A stretch of 64,000 nt of DNA, from assembly GCA_942491995.1 (NCBI GenBank), contig CALOCX010000017.1, positions 67,138-131,137 on the forward strand, given 5' to 3'. The notes beneath the pieces were generated by a model that saw only the letters and a program-made list of their open reading frames with translations, was not told the DNA's origin and ran no database searches. Origin of the DNA: an uncultured Gammaproteobacteria bacterium. GTDB lineage: Bacteria > Pseudomonadota > Gammaproteobacteria > UBA9214. The position numbers and the translations under genes are program-made. Shown in pieces: positions 1 to 9,020 of this stretch (the first letter of the stretch is position 1; each line of letters starts with the position of its first letter).

Positions 1-1
1 C

Positions 2-421
2 CAGATTCATGCGCTGAACCTGCTGAATACCGGGGAAGTACGCATCGTTGCACCGAAATCGCTGCTTCCTGCACATGCCGGATCGCTGGGTGCACAGGTG
101 CACCATAACCTGCAGACCGGTATAAAGGACGTTGATGTCATCATCATGTTGCGATTGCAGCGGGAGCGCATGCAAGGTGCATTACTGCCCAGCGAACATG
201 AGTACTTTGAATTGTTCGGCTTGACCGAAGAGAAACTTATACATGCCAGCCCGGACGTCACCGTTATGCACCCAGGCCCCATCAACCGCGGCGTGGAAAT
301 GGACTCTGAAGTAGCCGATGGCCCGCGTTCCGTAATCCTCGAACAGGTTACGCATGGCATCGCGGTGCGCATGGCCGTGATGTCGATGGCGATGTCGCGC
401 AAGGAAGGCGACGCAGGCTAG
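2..421 (+). CDS. pyrB: aspartate carbamoyltransferase catalytic subunit, C-terminal part (5' end outside window)
   Basis: Frame open from base 2. C-terminal ATCase sequence ...[10 protein letters not shown]...[12 protein letters not shown]... is recognisable. Stop TAG at 419-421. Confidence 0.85.
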   Translation, partial: QIHALNLLNTGEVRIVAPKSLLPAHAGSLGAQVHHNLQTGIKDVDVIIMLRLQRERMQGALLPSEHEYFELFGLTEEKLIHASPDVTVMHPGPINRGVEMDSEVADGPRSVILEQVTHGIAVRMAVMSMAMSRKEGDAG

Positions 422-425
422 TCTT

Positions 426-1724
426 ATGTCAGCTATCAACACAGCAACAAGGATCCGGATCAGTGGTGGCCGGGTAATTGATCCGGCAAACAACGTTGAT
501 ACGGTCCAGGATGTATATATTGCGGACGGCAAGGTGATTGCACTTGGTCATGCACCGCAGGGCTTCAGGGCCGACATGGAAATCGACGCCAGCCAGCACA
601 TCGTCTGCCCCGGTCTGATAGACATCAGTGCCCGCCTGAGGGAGCCGGGCCAGGAACAGAAAGCAACTATCGCCACGGAGTCCCTGGCCGCAGCCAGTGC
701 CGGGATTACCACGCTGTGCTGTCCGCCGGACACCAACCCGGTTATAGATACCCCGGCTGTCACCGAGTTCATTCGGCTGCGTGCAGAAGCCGCCGGTCAC
801 TGCCGGATAGTAACGCTGGGTGCACTCACCCAGTCCCTTGGGGGGGAGCAATTGAGCGAAATGGCTGCGTTGGACAGGGCCGGCTGCGTCGGTGTCAGCA
901 ATGCGCTGCAGCCGCTGCTCAACCCGTTGATACAGCGTCGCGCAATGGAATATGCCGCCACCTTTGACCTCACTGTATTCCTGTACCCGAATGACCACTG
1001 GCTGGCTAACAGGGGCTGCGCTCACGAGGGCCGGGTTGCAACACGCCTGGGCTTGCCGGGTATACCCGAGGCCGCCGAAACAGCCGCCGTCGCGCGTGAC
1101 CTCGCACTGATTGAACAAACCGGTGTACGCGCACACTTCTGCAGGCTGACATCCGGTCGTGCCGCCAGGATGGTCGCACGCGCACAATATGACGGCGCAG
1201 CGGTGACGGCTGATGTCGCCATTCCCTATCTGTATTTATCTGAAGTTGATATCAGTGACTTTGACAGTCAGTGCCATCTGATCCCGCCACTGCGTACTGT
1301 TGAAGACCGCCAGCAATTACGGGATGCCTTGCAGCAAGGTACATTGTCGGCCATCTGTTCAGACCACCAGCCACATGAACCTGATGCAAAACTGGGTCCA
1401 TTTCCGGATACAGAACCGGGCATTTCGGGACTGGACTCGCTACTGCCCCTGTGCCTGCGGCTGGTTGACGAACAGTCCATTGAGCTGACAGAACTGATAC
1501 ACCGTTTGACCGCGGGGCCGGCACGGATACTCGGACTGCCGTATGGCACGCTGTCAGTTGATGCAAGCGCTGATATCTGTATATTCGACCCGTCAGCCAG
1601 CTGGCTGCTCGACAGCAACAGCGTTCGGAGTAACGGCCTCAACACGCCGTTTATGGGCTGGGAAATGAAGGGACGCGTCACCCACACACTGCTGGCAGGC
1701 AAGCTGGTATATACCCTGAACTGA
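426..1724 (+). CDS. pyrC': dihydroorotase-like protein (inactive PyrC'-type structural partner of ATCase)
   Basis: 432 aa with a DHOase fold, ATG 5 nt after the pyrB stop. The catalytic HxH of active DHOases (DLHVHLREPG) is replaced here by DISARLREPG. Confidence 0.8.
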   Translation: MSAINTATRIRISGGRVIDPANNVDTVQDVYIADGKVIALGHAPQGFRADMEIDASQHIVCPGLIDISARLREPGQEQKATIATESLAAASAGITTLCCPPDTNPVIDTPAVTEFIRLRAEAAGHCRIVTLGALTQSLGGEQLSEMAALDRAGCVGVSNALQPLLNPLIQRRAMEYAATFDLTVFLYPNDHWLANRGCAHEGRVATRLGLPGIPEAAETAAVARDLALIEQTGVRAHFCRLTSGRAARMVARAQYDGAAVTADVAIPYLYLSEVDISDFDSQCHLIPPLRTVEDRQQLRDALQQGTLSAICSDHQPHEPDAKLGPFPDTEPGISGLDSLLPLCLRLVDEQSIELTELIHRLTAGPARILGLPYGTLSVDASADICIFDPSASWLLDSNSVRSNGLNTPFMGWEMKGRVTHTLLAGKLVYTLN

Positions 1725-1726
1725 TC

Positions 1727-2614
1727 ATGCCGGACACCGAAAAACAGTCGCAACGCGGCACGATCTTTGTTGAGGATGCAGAAATACTGCTTCACGACAG
1801 CTATCCCGGTGAGCAGTATGTACTGCGCCTGCATGCACCTGAATGCGCTGCTCATGCGTTGCCGGGGAGTTTCGCACATTTACAGTGTGACCCTGCGCTC
1901 CCCATGCGCCGACCACTGTCCATTATGCGCACCGATACCGGTGCAGGCTGGGTTGAGTTTCTTTACAAGGCTGTTGGTACCGGCACACAGGCTTTGAGCC
2001 GGCGCACACCAGGTGAATTCGTCAGCCTGATGGGGCCTATCGGCAGATCGTTCAGCGCAGACCGGTCACGGCCACGCACCCTGCTGCTCGGCGGCGGGGT
2101 CGGCATTCCGCCCATGGTGTTTCTTGCAGACAGCCTGCGTACCGACAAACACTGGCAACCTGTGGTATTCATGGGCTCGGAAGTTCCCTTCCCCTTTACC
2201 GCAAGACCCTCGCGTTTTTTACTGCCCGGCATGCCGGATGCCGTCATTGCCTCCATGCCACTGCTCGAAGACTGGGGAATACCCAGCCGCCTGACGAGCC
2301 TGCAGGGGTACCCGGGATGTCATGAGGGTTACATCACGGATCTTGCACGGCACTGGCTGGATGCGCTGGATGAATCACATCGTTCCGAGGTCAGTGTATT
2401 CGCCTGCGGACCGCACCCGATGCTGGCAGCTGTGGCAGGGCTGGCGCGTGACTACGACCTGCCCTGCCAGGTGTCACTGGAGGAATACATGGCCTGCGCC
2501 GTTGGCGGTTGCGCAGGCTGTGTCGTGGAGATCAACACAGCTGCAGGCCCTGCGATGAAACGAGTTTGTGTAGACGGCCCGGTCTTTGATGCACGGACCG
2601 TCAACTGGGTGTAA
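1727..2614 (+). CDS. PyrK-like FAD/NAD(P)-binding oxidoreductase with C-terminal 2Fe-2S cysteine cluster (dihydroorotate dehydrogenase electron-transfer subunit family)
   Basis: RPLSIMR FAD motif, LLLGGGVGIPPM NAD motif, C-terminal CAVGGCAGCVVE...CVDGPVF. ATG 2 nt after the pyrC' stop. Confidence 0.65.
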   Translation: MPDTEKQSQRGTIFVEDAEILLHDSYPGEQYVLRLHAPECAAHALPGSFAHLQCDPALPMRRPLSIMRTDTGAGWVEFLYKAVGTGTQALSRRTPGEFVSLMGPIGRSFSADRSRPRTLLLGGGVGIPPMVFLADSLRTDKHWQPVVFMGSEVPFPFTARPSRFLLPGMPDAVIASMPLLEDWGIPSRLTSLQGYPGCHEGYITDLARHWLDALDESHRSEVSVFACGPHPMLAAVAGLARDYDLPCQVSLEEYMACAVGGCAGCVVEINTAAGPAMKRVCVDGPVFDARTVNWV

Positions 2615-2621
2615 CAAATGG

Positions 2622-3740
2622 CTAGTCCTCTTCCACCAGGAAGACGTCGTCCATGGCAGCCGCGTACTGGTTGACGTCACCCTTGTCCAGTTTGACCATC
2701 AAGCGTACTTCGTTGGCAGAATCGGCATAGTGTATTGCATCGTCGTAGCTGATTTCACCGGCCTTGTATAGCTCGAACAGGGCCTGGTCGAAAGTAATCA
2801 TGCCTTGCTGCGATGACTGCTTCATTAATTCCTTCAGCTTGTGCACTTCACCCTTGCGGACAACATCCTGCACCAGCGGGGTACCGAGCAGGATTTCAAC
2901 ACACACCCGCCGACCGTTACCGTCTGCGCGCGGAATCAGTTGCTGCGCAAGGAATGCCTTCAGATTCATGGACAGATCCATAAACAACTGCGGCCGACGG
3001 TCCTCGGGGAAGAAGTTGATGATGCGATCCATCGCCTGGTTGGCATTGTTGGCATGCAGGGTAGCCAGGCACAGGTGACCGGTCTCGGCGAATGCAATGG
3101 CGTGGTTCATTGTTTCACGGTCACGAATCTCGCCAATCAGAATGACATCCGGCGCCTGGCGCAGGGTGTTTTTCAGTGCTGTTTCATAGGATTCGGTATC
3201 GATACCCACCTCACGCTGGGTGACGATGCAACCCTCGTGATTATGAACGAACTCGATCGGGTCCTCGATGGTAATGATATGGCCGGTGCCATTCTTGTTT
3301 CGATAGCCGAGCATGGCAGCAAGCGAGGTAGACTTACCCGTACCGGTTGCTCCGATGAAGATAATCAGGCCGCGTTTCGTCATGGCCAGATTCCTCAGGA
3401 TGGGTGGCAGATTCAGCTCCTCCATGCTCGGTATGTAGGTTTCGATACGACGCAACACCGCACCGGCCTGGCCACGCTGTATAAATGCGCTGGCACGAAA
3501 ACGGCCTACCCCTTCTTCACTGACCGCGAAGTTGCATTCATGCGTCGCCTCGAACTCGTCGCGCTGTGCCGGTGACATCATGCTGGTCACGACGTCCATC
3601 GAGTCCTCGGGCGCAAGCACCTCACTCGAGACCGCTACCGTCTTGCCGTTGACTTTCATCGTGGGAGGAACTCCGGCCGTCAAAAAAAGGTCAGAGGCAC
3701 CTTTCTCACCCATTTGTTTCAACAGTGTTGATAAGTCCAT
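2622..3740 (-). CDS. pilU: type IV pilus twitching-motility ATPase PilU
   Basis: 372 aa. Walker A GATGTGKST. Near full-length similarity to PilU (ASDLFLTAGVPP...HECNFA...). Confidence 0.85.
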   Translation of the reverse strand: MDLSTLLKQMGEKGASDLFLTAGVPPTMKVNGKTVAVSSEVLAPEDSMDVVTSMMSPAQRDEFEATHECNFAVSEEGVGRFRASAFIQRGQAGAVLRRIETYIPSMEELNLPPILRNLAMTKRGLIIFIGATGTGKSTSLAAMLGYRNKNGTGHIITIEDPIEFVHNHEGCIVTQREVGIDTESYETALKNTLRQAPDVILIGEIRDRETMNHAIAFAETGHLCLATLHANNANQAMDRIINFFPEDRRPQLFMDLSMNLKAFLAQQLIPRADGNGRRVCVEILLGTPLVQDVVRKGEVHKLKELMKQSSQQGMITFDQALFELYKAGEISYDDAIHYADSANEVRLMVKLDKGDVNQYAAAMDDVFLVEED

Positions 3741-3761
3741 AGCCCTTCTCCCGGCGGATAA

Positions 3762-4799
3762 TTAGCGGAAAGTTTCCTTGTTAGCGGCCTTCGCACGTGC
3801 ATCCTGCTTTGTGATAAGCCCCTTCGACAAAAGATCCTGTAAATACTGATCCAGTGTAGTCATGCCAACCGCGTTACCGGTCTGGATAGACGAATACATT
3901 TGCGCGACCTTGTCCTCGCGTATCAGATTGCGAATCGCGGGCGTACCAATCATGATTTCCCAGGCTGCAATACGACCACCGCCGACCTTCTTCATGAGGG
4001 TCTGTGCGATGACGGCGCGCAATGACTCGGAAAGCATGGAGCGCACCATGGTTTTCTCTGCTGCCGGGAATACGTCGATAACACGGTCGATGGTTTTCGC
4101 TGCCGAGGTGGTATGCAGGGTACCGAATACCAGGTGACCGGTCTCGGCTGCTGTCAAGGCCAGGCGAATCGTTTCAAGATCACGCATCTCGCCCACCAGG
4201 ATAATATCCGGGTCTTCACGCAATGCCGAACGCAGAGCTTCGTTAAAACCGAGGGTATCGCGGTGTACCTCACGCTGGTTGAGCAGGCACTTCTTGCTTT
4301 GGTGTACGAACTCGATGGGGTCTTCAATGGTCAGGATATGTGCATATTGCATGCTGTTTATATAGTCGATCATTGCCGCCAGCGTGGTCGATTTACCGGA
4401 ACCGGTCGGTCCGGTCACCAGCACCAGCCCGCGAGGCGTGTCGGCAATGTCTTTGAAGATCTGTGGCGTACCGAGGTCTTCAAGACTCAGAATGTCAGAA
4501 GGAATGGTACGAAAAACAGCGCCGGCACCACGATTGTGGTTAAACGCGTTGACACGGAAGCGGGCAAGGTCGGGAATTTCAAATGAGAAATCGGTTTCAA
4601 GGAACTCTTCATAATCCTTGCGTTGCTTGTCGTTCATGATGTCATAGACGAGCCCGTGAACGGTTTTATGATCCAGTGCAGGTACATTGACCTTGCGCAT
4701 GTCACCGTCTACCCGAATCATTGGCGGCAACCCGGCTGACAGGTGTAAATCAGATGCGCCGTTTTTAACACTAAAGGTCAGTAACTCAGCTATATCCAT
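3762..4799 (-). CDS. pilT: type IV pilus retraction ATPase PilT
   Basis: MDIAELLTFSVKNGASDLHLSAGLPPMIRVDGD... matches the PilT N-terminus. Walker A GPTGSGKST. GGGAG RBS before the ATG at 4799; the track ORF starts 4 codons upstream. Confidence 0.9.
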   Translation of the reverse strand: MDIAELLTFSVKNGASDLHLSAGLPPMIRVDGDMRKVNVPALDHKTVHGLVYDIMNDKQRKDYEEFLETDFSFEIPDLARFRVNAFNHNRGAGAVFRTIPSDILSLEDLGTPQIFKDIADTPRGLVLVTGPTGSGKSTTLAAMIDYINSMQYAHILTIEDPIEFVHQSKKCLLNQREVHRDTLGFNEALRSALREDPDIILVGEMRDLETIRLALTAAETGHLVFGTLHTTSAAKTIDRVIDVFPAAEKTMVRSMLSESLRAVIAQTLMKKVGGGRIAAWEIMIGTPAIRNLIREDKVAQMYSSIQTGNAVGMTTLDQYLQDLLSKGLITKQDARAKAANKETFR

Positions 4800-5153
4800 A
4801 CCAACTCCCATACATAAATTTCATGTCACCCTGATATCGTCAATGGCACCGGATACTTGAAAATGCTTTCTATATCGGCAACTTGTCCGGTCTCACGAAC
4901 CACGAGCAGGTTCTTTACCGACAGCACTCCCCATCAACAGGAGAAACTTCAACAACCAGGCTATTGGTAGCCGAAGTATGCCTCATTACACTCCCGCAGC
5001 AAGTTTATATCGCGTATAAACCGCCATTAATCAGTCACATAAACTATACCGACAGCAGCCGGCAAGGTATGATTCTGCCGTCACAGCAGGAACGTCGATT
5101 ATCCGACCGGGACGGCTTGTCGCATGCCGGTTTTATCCTGTATCGTCACTCGC

Positions 5154-5981
5154 ATGAATAATACGACCCTGAGTTTTATTGGTGGAGGCAACATGGCAGG
5201 CAGCCTGATAGGCGGCCTGATTGCTGACGGCTGGAACCCGTCCAGTATCCGGGTTTCCGACACGGATACCCAACAACTGGAGCGACTCTCACAGCGCTTC
5301 CCGATCATGACGACAAGCGACAATAATGTTGCAGTTGAAGGCGCCGACGTGATTGTCCTGGCGGTAAAACCGCAAGTCATGGAAACCGTTGCGCAGGCCA
5401 TCGCCAGCAGTGTATCAAAGCAACAGCCGCTGGTGATCTCCATCGCTGCCGGCATACCTGAAGCCGCATTGCGTCGCTGGCTCGGTGAAAAAGTCGCTAT
5501 TGTACGCAGCATGCCCAACACCCCGGCCATGGTGCAAAGCGCAGCGACCGCGATGTACGCAAACCCGCATGTAAGCGTTGACCAACGCAACATTGCAGAG
5601 TCGATTTTGCGTGCTGTTGGTATCGTTATCTGGGTTGATAACGAGCCCATGATGGACGCGGCAACCGCCCTCTCGGGTAGCGGTCCCGCCTACATGTTCC
5701 TGTTTATCGAGGCCCTGCAGGCCGCTGGCCGTGAACTGGGCTTTTCCGAAGACACCGCCTATCTACTGGCCCTGCAAACGGCTTTTGGTGCGGCGAAGAT
5801 GGCGCTGGAGAGCGAGGAAAATGCATCCATGCTGCGGCAGCGGGTGACTTCACCGGGTGGTACAACGGAACGCGCTATCAACACCTTGCAGGAGGGTGGA
5901 TTCATGGAACTGGTGAGTACTGCACTGCATGCGGCGGCAGAGCGCTCTCGTGAACTAGCCAGTGAATTTGGAAGCAAATAA
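5154..5981 (+). CDS. proC: pyrroline-5-carboxylate reductase
   Basis: MNNTTLSFIGGGNMAGSLIGGL... Rossmann N-terminus. Full-length ProC similarity. Divergent from pilT. Confidence 0.9.
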   Translation: MNNTTLSFIGGGNMAGSLIGGLIADGWNPSSIRVSDTDTQQLERLSQRFPIMTTSDNNVAVEGADVIVLAVKPQVMETVAQAIASSVSKQQPLVISIAAGIPEAALRRWLGEKVAIVRSMPNTPAMVQSAATAMYANPHVSVDQRNIAESILRAVGIVIWVDNEPMMDAATALSGSGPAYMFLFIEALQAAGRELGFSEDTAYLLALQTAFGAAKMALESEENASMLRQRVTSPGGTTERAINTLQEGGFMELVSTALHAAAERSRELASEFGSK

Positions 5982-6536
5982 GTGAACAGCGGTTATCTGG
6001 CAAATCCACTGGAATTCCTGGTCACCACGCTTTTCAGCCTCTACATACTTGCTGTCATGCTGCGCTTCCTGCTCGGCGTAGTACGTGCCGACTTCTACAA
6101 CCCGGTAAGCCAGTTCCTGGTGCGCATTACCAATCCCCTGCTGCTACCCATGCGCAAGGTGATCCCCAGTCTCGGCCGGTACGACACCTCTGCATTGTTG
6201 TTGATGCTGCTACTGCAATTCATCTCTCTCGGACTGGTCGTCCTGTTACGCGGTATCAGTGTTCCGGTTGTTACCCTGCTGATCGTGGCGGTGGGCGAAC
6301 TGGTGATGCTGGCTATCAATGTTTTCATGTTCGCAATCATTATCCAGGTCATACTCAGCTGGGTTAATCCCGGTAACTACAACCCGGTCACTGCACTGCT
6401 CTACAGCATAACCAGCCCGATAATGCGGCCGCTGCAACGCCTCATCCCGCCGATATCCGGTATTGATCTCTCACCACTGGTTGCAATAATCGGGCTGCAG
6501 GTGCTACGGATGCTGGTCATGCCGTTACTGGGTTGA
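5982..6536 (+). CDS. yggT: YggT family membrane protein
   Basis: 184 aa with two YggT repeats (YNPV / NPGNYNPV motifs). GTG start directly after the proC stop. Conserved proC-yggT pairing. Confidence 0.8.
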   Translation: MNSGYLANPLEFLVTTLFSLYILAVMLRFLLGVVRADFYNPVSQFLVRITNPLLLPMRKVIPSLGRYDTSALLLMLLLQFISLGLVVLLRGISVPVVTLLIVAVGELVMLAINVFMFAIIIQVILSWVNPGNYNPVTALLYSITSPIMRPLQRLIPPISGIDLSPLVAIIGLQVLRMLVMPLLG

Positions 6537-6604
6537 ACAAAGATCTGCAGACACGTGCCGAGAACCCCGTCACCGGCCAGGTCGTACGATTTGCCTGCTT
6601 TGTT

Positions 6605-6633
6605 TTGAATTAATCGCGACTGACACATAATAT
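6605..6633 (+). promoter_or_regulatory. candidate sigma-70 promoter (TTGAAT-17bp-TAATAT) for the DUF4426 gene
   Basis: -35 TTGAAT at 6605-6610 and -10 TAATAT at 6628-6633, 17-bp spacer, about 50 nt upstream of the ATG at 6682. Confidence 0.3.
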
Positions 6634-6681
6634 ATGCCGTATTCGTCTATAGTTAACAAAATCTAAATTGGAGTGAATCGT

Positions 6682-7131
6682 ATGCGCCCAGAAAGACAAG
6701 TATTTTCATGGTTAGTGGTATTGGCACTGCTGCTTCCGCTCTCGGCCAGCGCCGAGAATTCCAAGGACTTCGGTGACTTCGTCATCCACTACAATGCCAT
6801 GGCTACCGACATGGTACCGCCTGAAGTTGCACGCAAGTACCGTATTACACGTAGTCAAAACCGCGGCATGATCAATATCACGGTACTGAAAAAAGTACTC
6901 AGCAGTGCCGGCCAACCGGTACATGCCCGTGTCGAGGTCAATGCCCTCAACCTGGCCGGTCAGGGTCGTACAATCAGCATGCGCGAGATCCGCGAAGGCA
7001 ATGCCATTTACTATATAGGCGAGTTTGGCGTTGCCAACGAGGAAACATTGAATTTCAATGTACGCGCACGACCGCAAGGTACACAGGAAACGGTTGAGGT
7101 CCGCTTCAGTCAGGATTTCTACACGAACTGA
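6682..7131 (+). CDS. secreted DUF4426-like protein
   Basis: Signal peptide VFSWLVVLALLLPLSASA. ATG at 6682, 8 nt after a GGAG RBS. Sits downstream of yggT as in Pseudomonas. Confidence 0.55.
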   Translation: MRPERQVFSWLVVLALLLPLSASAENSKDFGDFVIHYNAMATDMVPPEVARKYRITRSQNRGMINITVLKKVLSSAGQPVHARVEVNALNLAGQGRTISMREIREGNAIYYIGEFGVANEETLNFNVRARPQGTQETVEVRFSQDFYTN

Positions 7132-7294
7132 TGGCGTGCAATGTTCCGCGATTGCCGGCCTGAACTCACTCATGGCCGATCAAGTTCCGCTGATCATTAA
7201 ACAATAAAAAAGACAACTCTCCTGTAATGCCGCTAACGATGTCCAATCATGTCGGCAAGGGTTTTCTCCTCATCGACAGGAAACCCATGTCCGG

Positions 7295-8653
7295 ATGAGT
7301 CCGGCCACACCCCAAAGAGGCAAGTGGCGCACAGCCCTGTCCGTCTATACCCGACCACGGGTTGTCGGCATGGTGTTTCTTGGCTTCGCCGCCGGCCTGC
7401 CATTCCTGCTAGTGTTTACCACACTATCCGCCTGGCTCACGGAAGCCAGCGTCTCACGGTCCACTATCGGTTTTTTCAGCTGGATTGGCATTACCTATTC
7501 AATCAAGGTGTTCTGGGCACCGGTCATTGATCGTCTGCCGTTCCCGTTGCTGACCCGCGTGTTCGGCAAACGTCGCGGCTGGATGCTGGTGGCCCAGGTC
7601 ACCATTGCCTGCGGCCTGGCAGGGATGGCATTAACCGACCCGGGCAGCCACCTGACACAGCTGGCGCTGTTCGCCCTGCTGGTTGCCTTTGGCTCCGCCA
7701 CCCAGGACATCACTATCGATGCCTGGCGTATCGAGGCTGTCGAACAAGACCTGCAGGGCGCCATGGCCGCGACCTATGTACTCGGCTACCGGCTGGCCCT
7801 GCTGACCGCGGGTGCTGGCGCACTGCACCTGGCAGAAATGACCAACTGGTCGCTGACCTACATCATCATGGCTGGACTGATGGCCATCGGCATGCTGACA
7901 ACATTGAGCATTCCGGAACCATCGCACCCTGAAAACTGGCGCACACGGGAGCTGGAATCCCGGCTGGAATCCAGCATCGGCATCGCTGGCCGGCAGGGAC
8001 TTGTGGCGCGTGTCGCGGCCTGGTTCGCCGACGCCGTGATCGGCCCCTTCGTGGAATTCTTCGAACGCAGTGGCCGGCTGGCAGTACTGATCCTGTTGCT
8101 GGTCGGTTGCTACAAACTCAGCGACATCACCATGGGGGTCATGGCAAATCCTTTCTATCTCGACCTCGGCTTCACCAAGGGAGACATCGCCAACGTCACC
8201 AAGATTTTCGGTTTCTTTATGACCATCTTCGGCGCTGGTCTCGGCGGCATCCTGGTCGTGCGATTCGGCATCCTGCGACCGCTGCTGGCCGGCGCGATTC
8301 TGGTGGCAAGCACTAACCTGCTGTTCGTCTGGCTGGCAGTTAGCGAACCTTCCCTGGTTCACCTGGCCGTCATCATCAGCGCCGACAATCTCAGTGGCGG
8401 ACTGGCAACATCGGCGTTCATCGCCTGGTTATCCAGCCTGACGAACACCAGTTACACAGCCACCCAGTACGCCCTGTTCAGTTCGCTGATGACACTGCCA
8501 GCAAAATTCATTGGTGGATTTGCCGGTGTGGTGGTGGATGCAAGCGGTTATGCGAGTTTCTTCCTGTACGCCGGTCTGCTCGGTGTGCCGGCCATTTTGC
8601 TGGTTATTTTTCTCATGAAACACAGCCCGCCCCACTCAGCAACACAGCAATAA
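7295..8653 (+). CDS. ampG: AmpG family muropeptide MFS permease
   Basis: 452 aa, multi-TM. Motifs GFAAGLPF, FWAPVIDR and GKRRGWML match AmpG. Start uncertain: no SD, and a 3-codon uORF overlaps the ATG. Confidence 0.8.
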   Translation: MSPATPQRGKWRTALSVYTRPRVVGMVFLGFAAGLPFLLVFTTLSAWLTEASVSRSTIGFFSWIGITYSIKVFWAPVIDRLPFPLLTRVFGKRRGWMLVAQVTIACGLAGMALTDPGSHLTQLALFALLVAFGSATQDITIDAWRIEAVEQDLQGAMAATYVLGYRLALLTAGAGALHLAEMTNWSLTYIIMAGLMAIGMLTTLSIPEPSHPENWRTRELESRLESSIGIAGRQGLVARVAAWFADAVIGPFVEFFERSGRLAVLILLLVGCYKLSDITMGVMANPFYLDLGFTKGDIANVTKIFGFFMTIFGAGLGGILVVRFGILRPLLAGAILVASTNLLFVWLAVSEPSLVHLAVIISADNLSGGLATSAFIAWLSSLTNTSYTATQYALFSSLMTLPAKFIGGFAGVVVDASGYASFFLYAGLLGVPAILLVIFLMKHSPPHSATQQ

Positions 8654-8780
8654 CCTTATGATAAATATACAGAATATATATCACAGGGCGACACACCTGC
8701 ATTCCTTCCGGAGCGACCCGACAGCACGTCCATAAAGGCGTTTTATAGGCATCCGGATCGTTATCGACTACGCTCTAATC

Positions 8781-8981
8781 ATGAGAGAGTACATAACGAC
8801 GGATAAACGCTCAAAAGGTCAACGCCGCTGGGGACTACATACCGAGTTCCCGCTGAGGGATTCCAGTGGCCTCATTGTGGTTACCGATCGACGCAGGGTG
8901 AGGGATCGACGCCTACGCAACACCAGCTTCGAGGAACGACTGCTGATGTTCGCGGGACTGCCACAGCGCGACCCTGACTAG
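8781..8981 (+). CDS. hypothetical small Arg-rich protein (66 aa)
   Basis: Only ORF in the 370-bp ampG-xth intergenic region. Basic (DRRRVRDRRLRN). No clear RBS. Confidence 0.25.
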   Translation: MREYITTDKRSKGQRRWGLHTEFPLRDSSGLIVVTDRRRVRDRRLRNTSFEERLLMFAGLPQRDPD

Positions 8982-9020
8982 CAGATAATCCCCGGTATAC
9001 AGGCATGAAACGCCTGCACA

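Noticed and set aside
4883-5161. 92-aa ORF in the pilT-proC spacer
   Set aside because: No RBS, runs into the proC start, no recognisable domain. The region is more likely divergent promoters.
7631-8362. 243-aa ORF on the - strand
   Set aside because: Lies entirely inside ampG on the opposite strand. His/Gln/Asp-rich junk translation.
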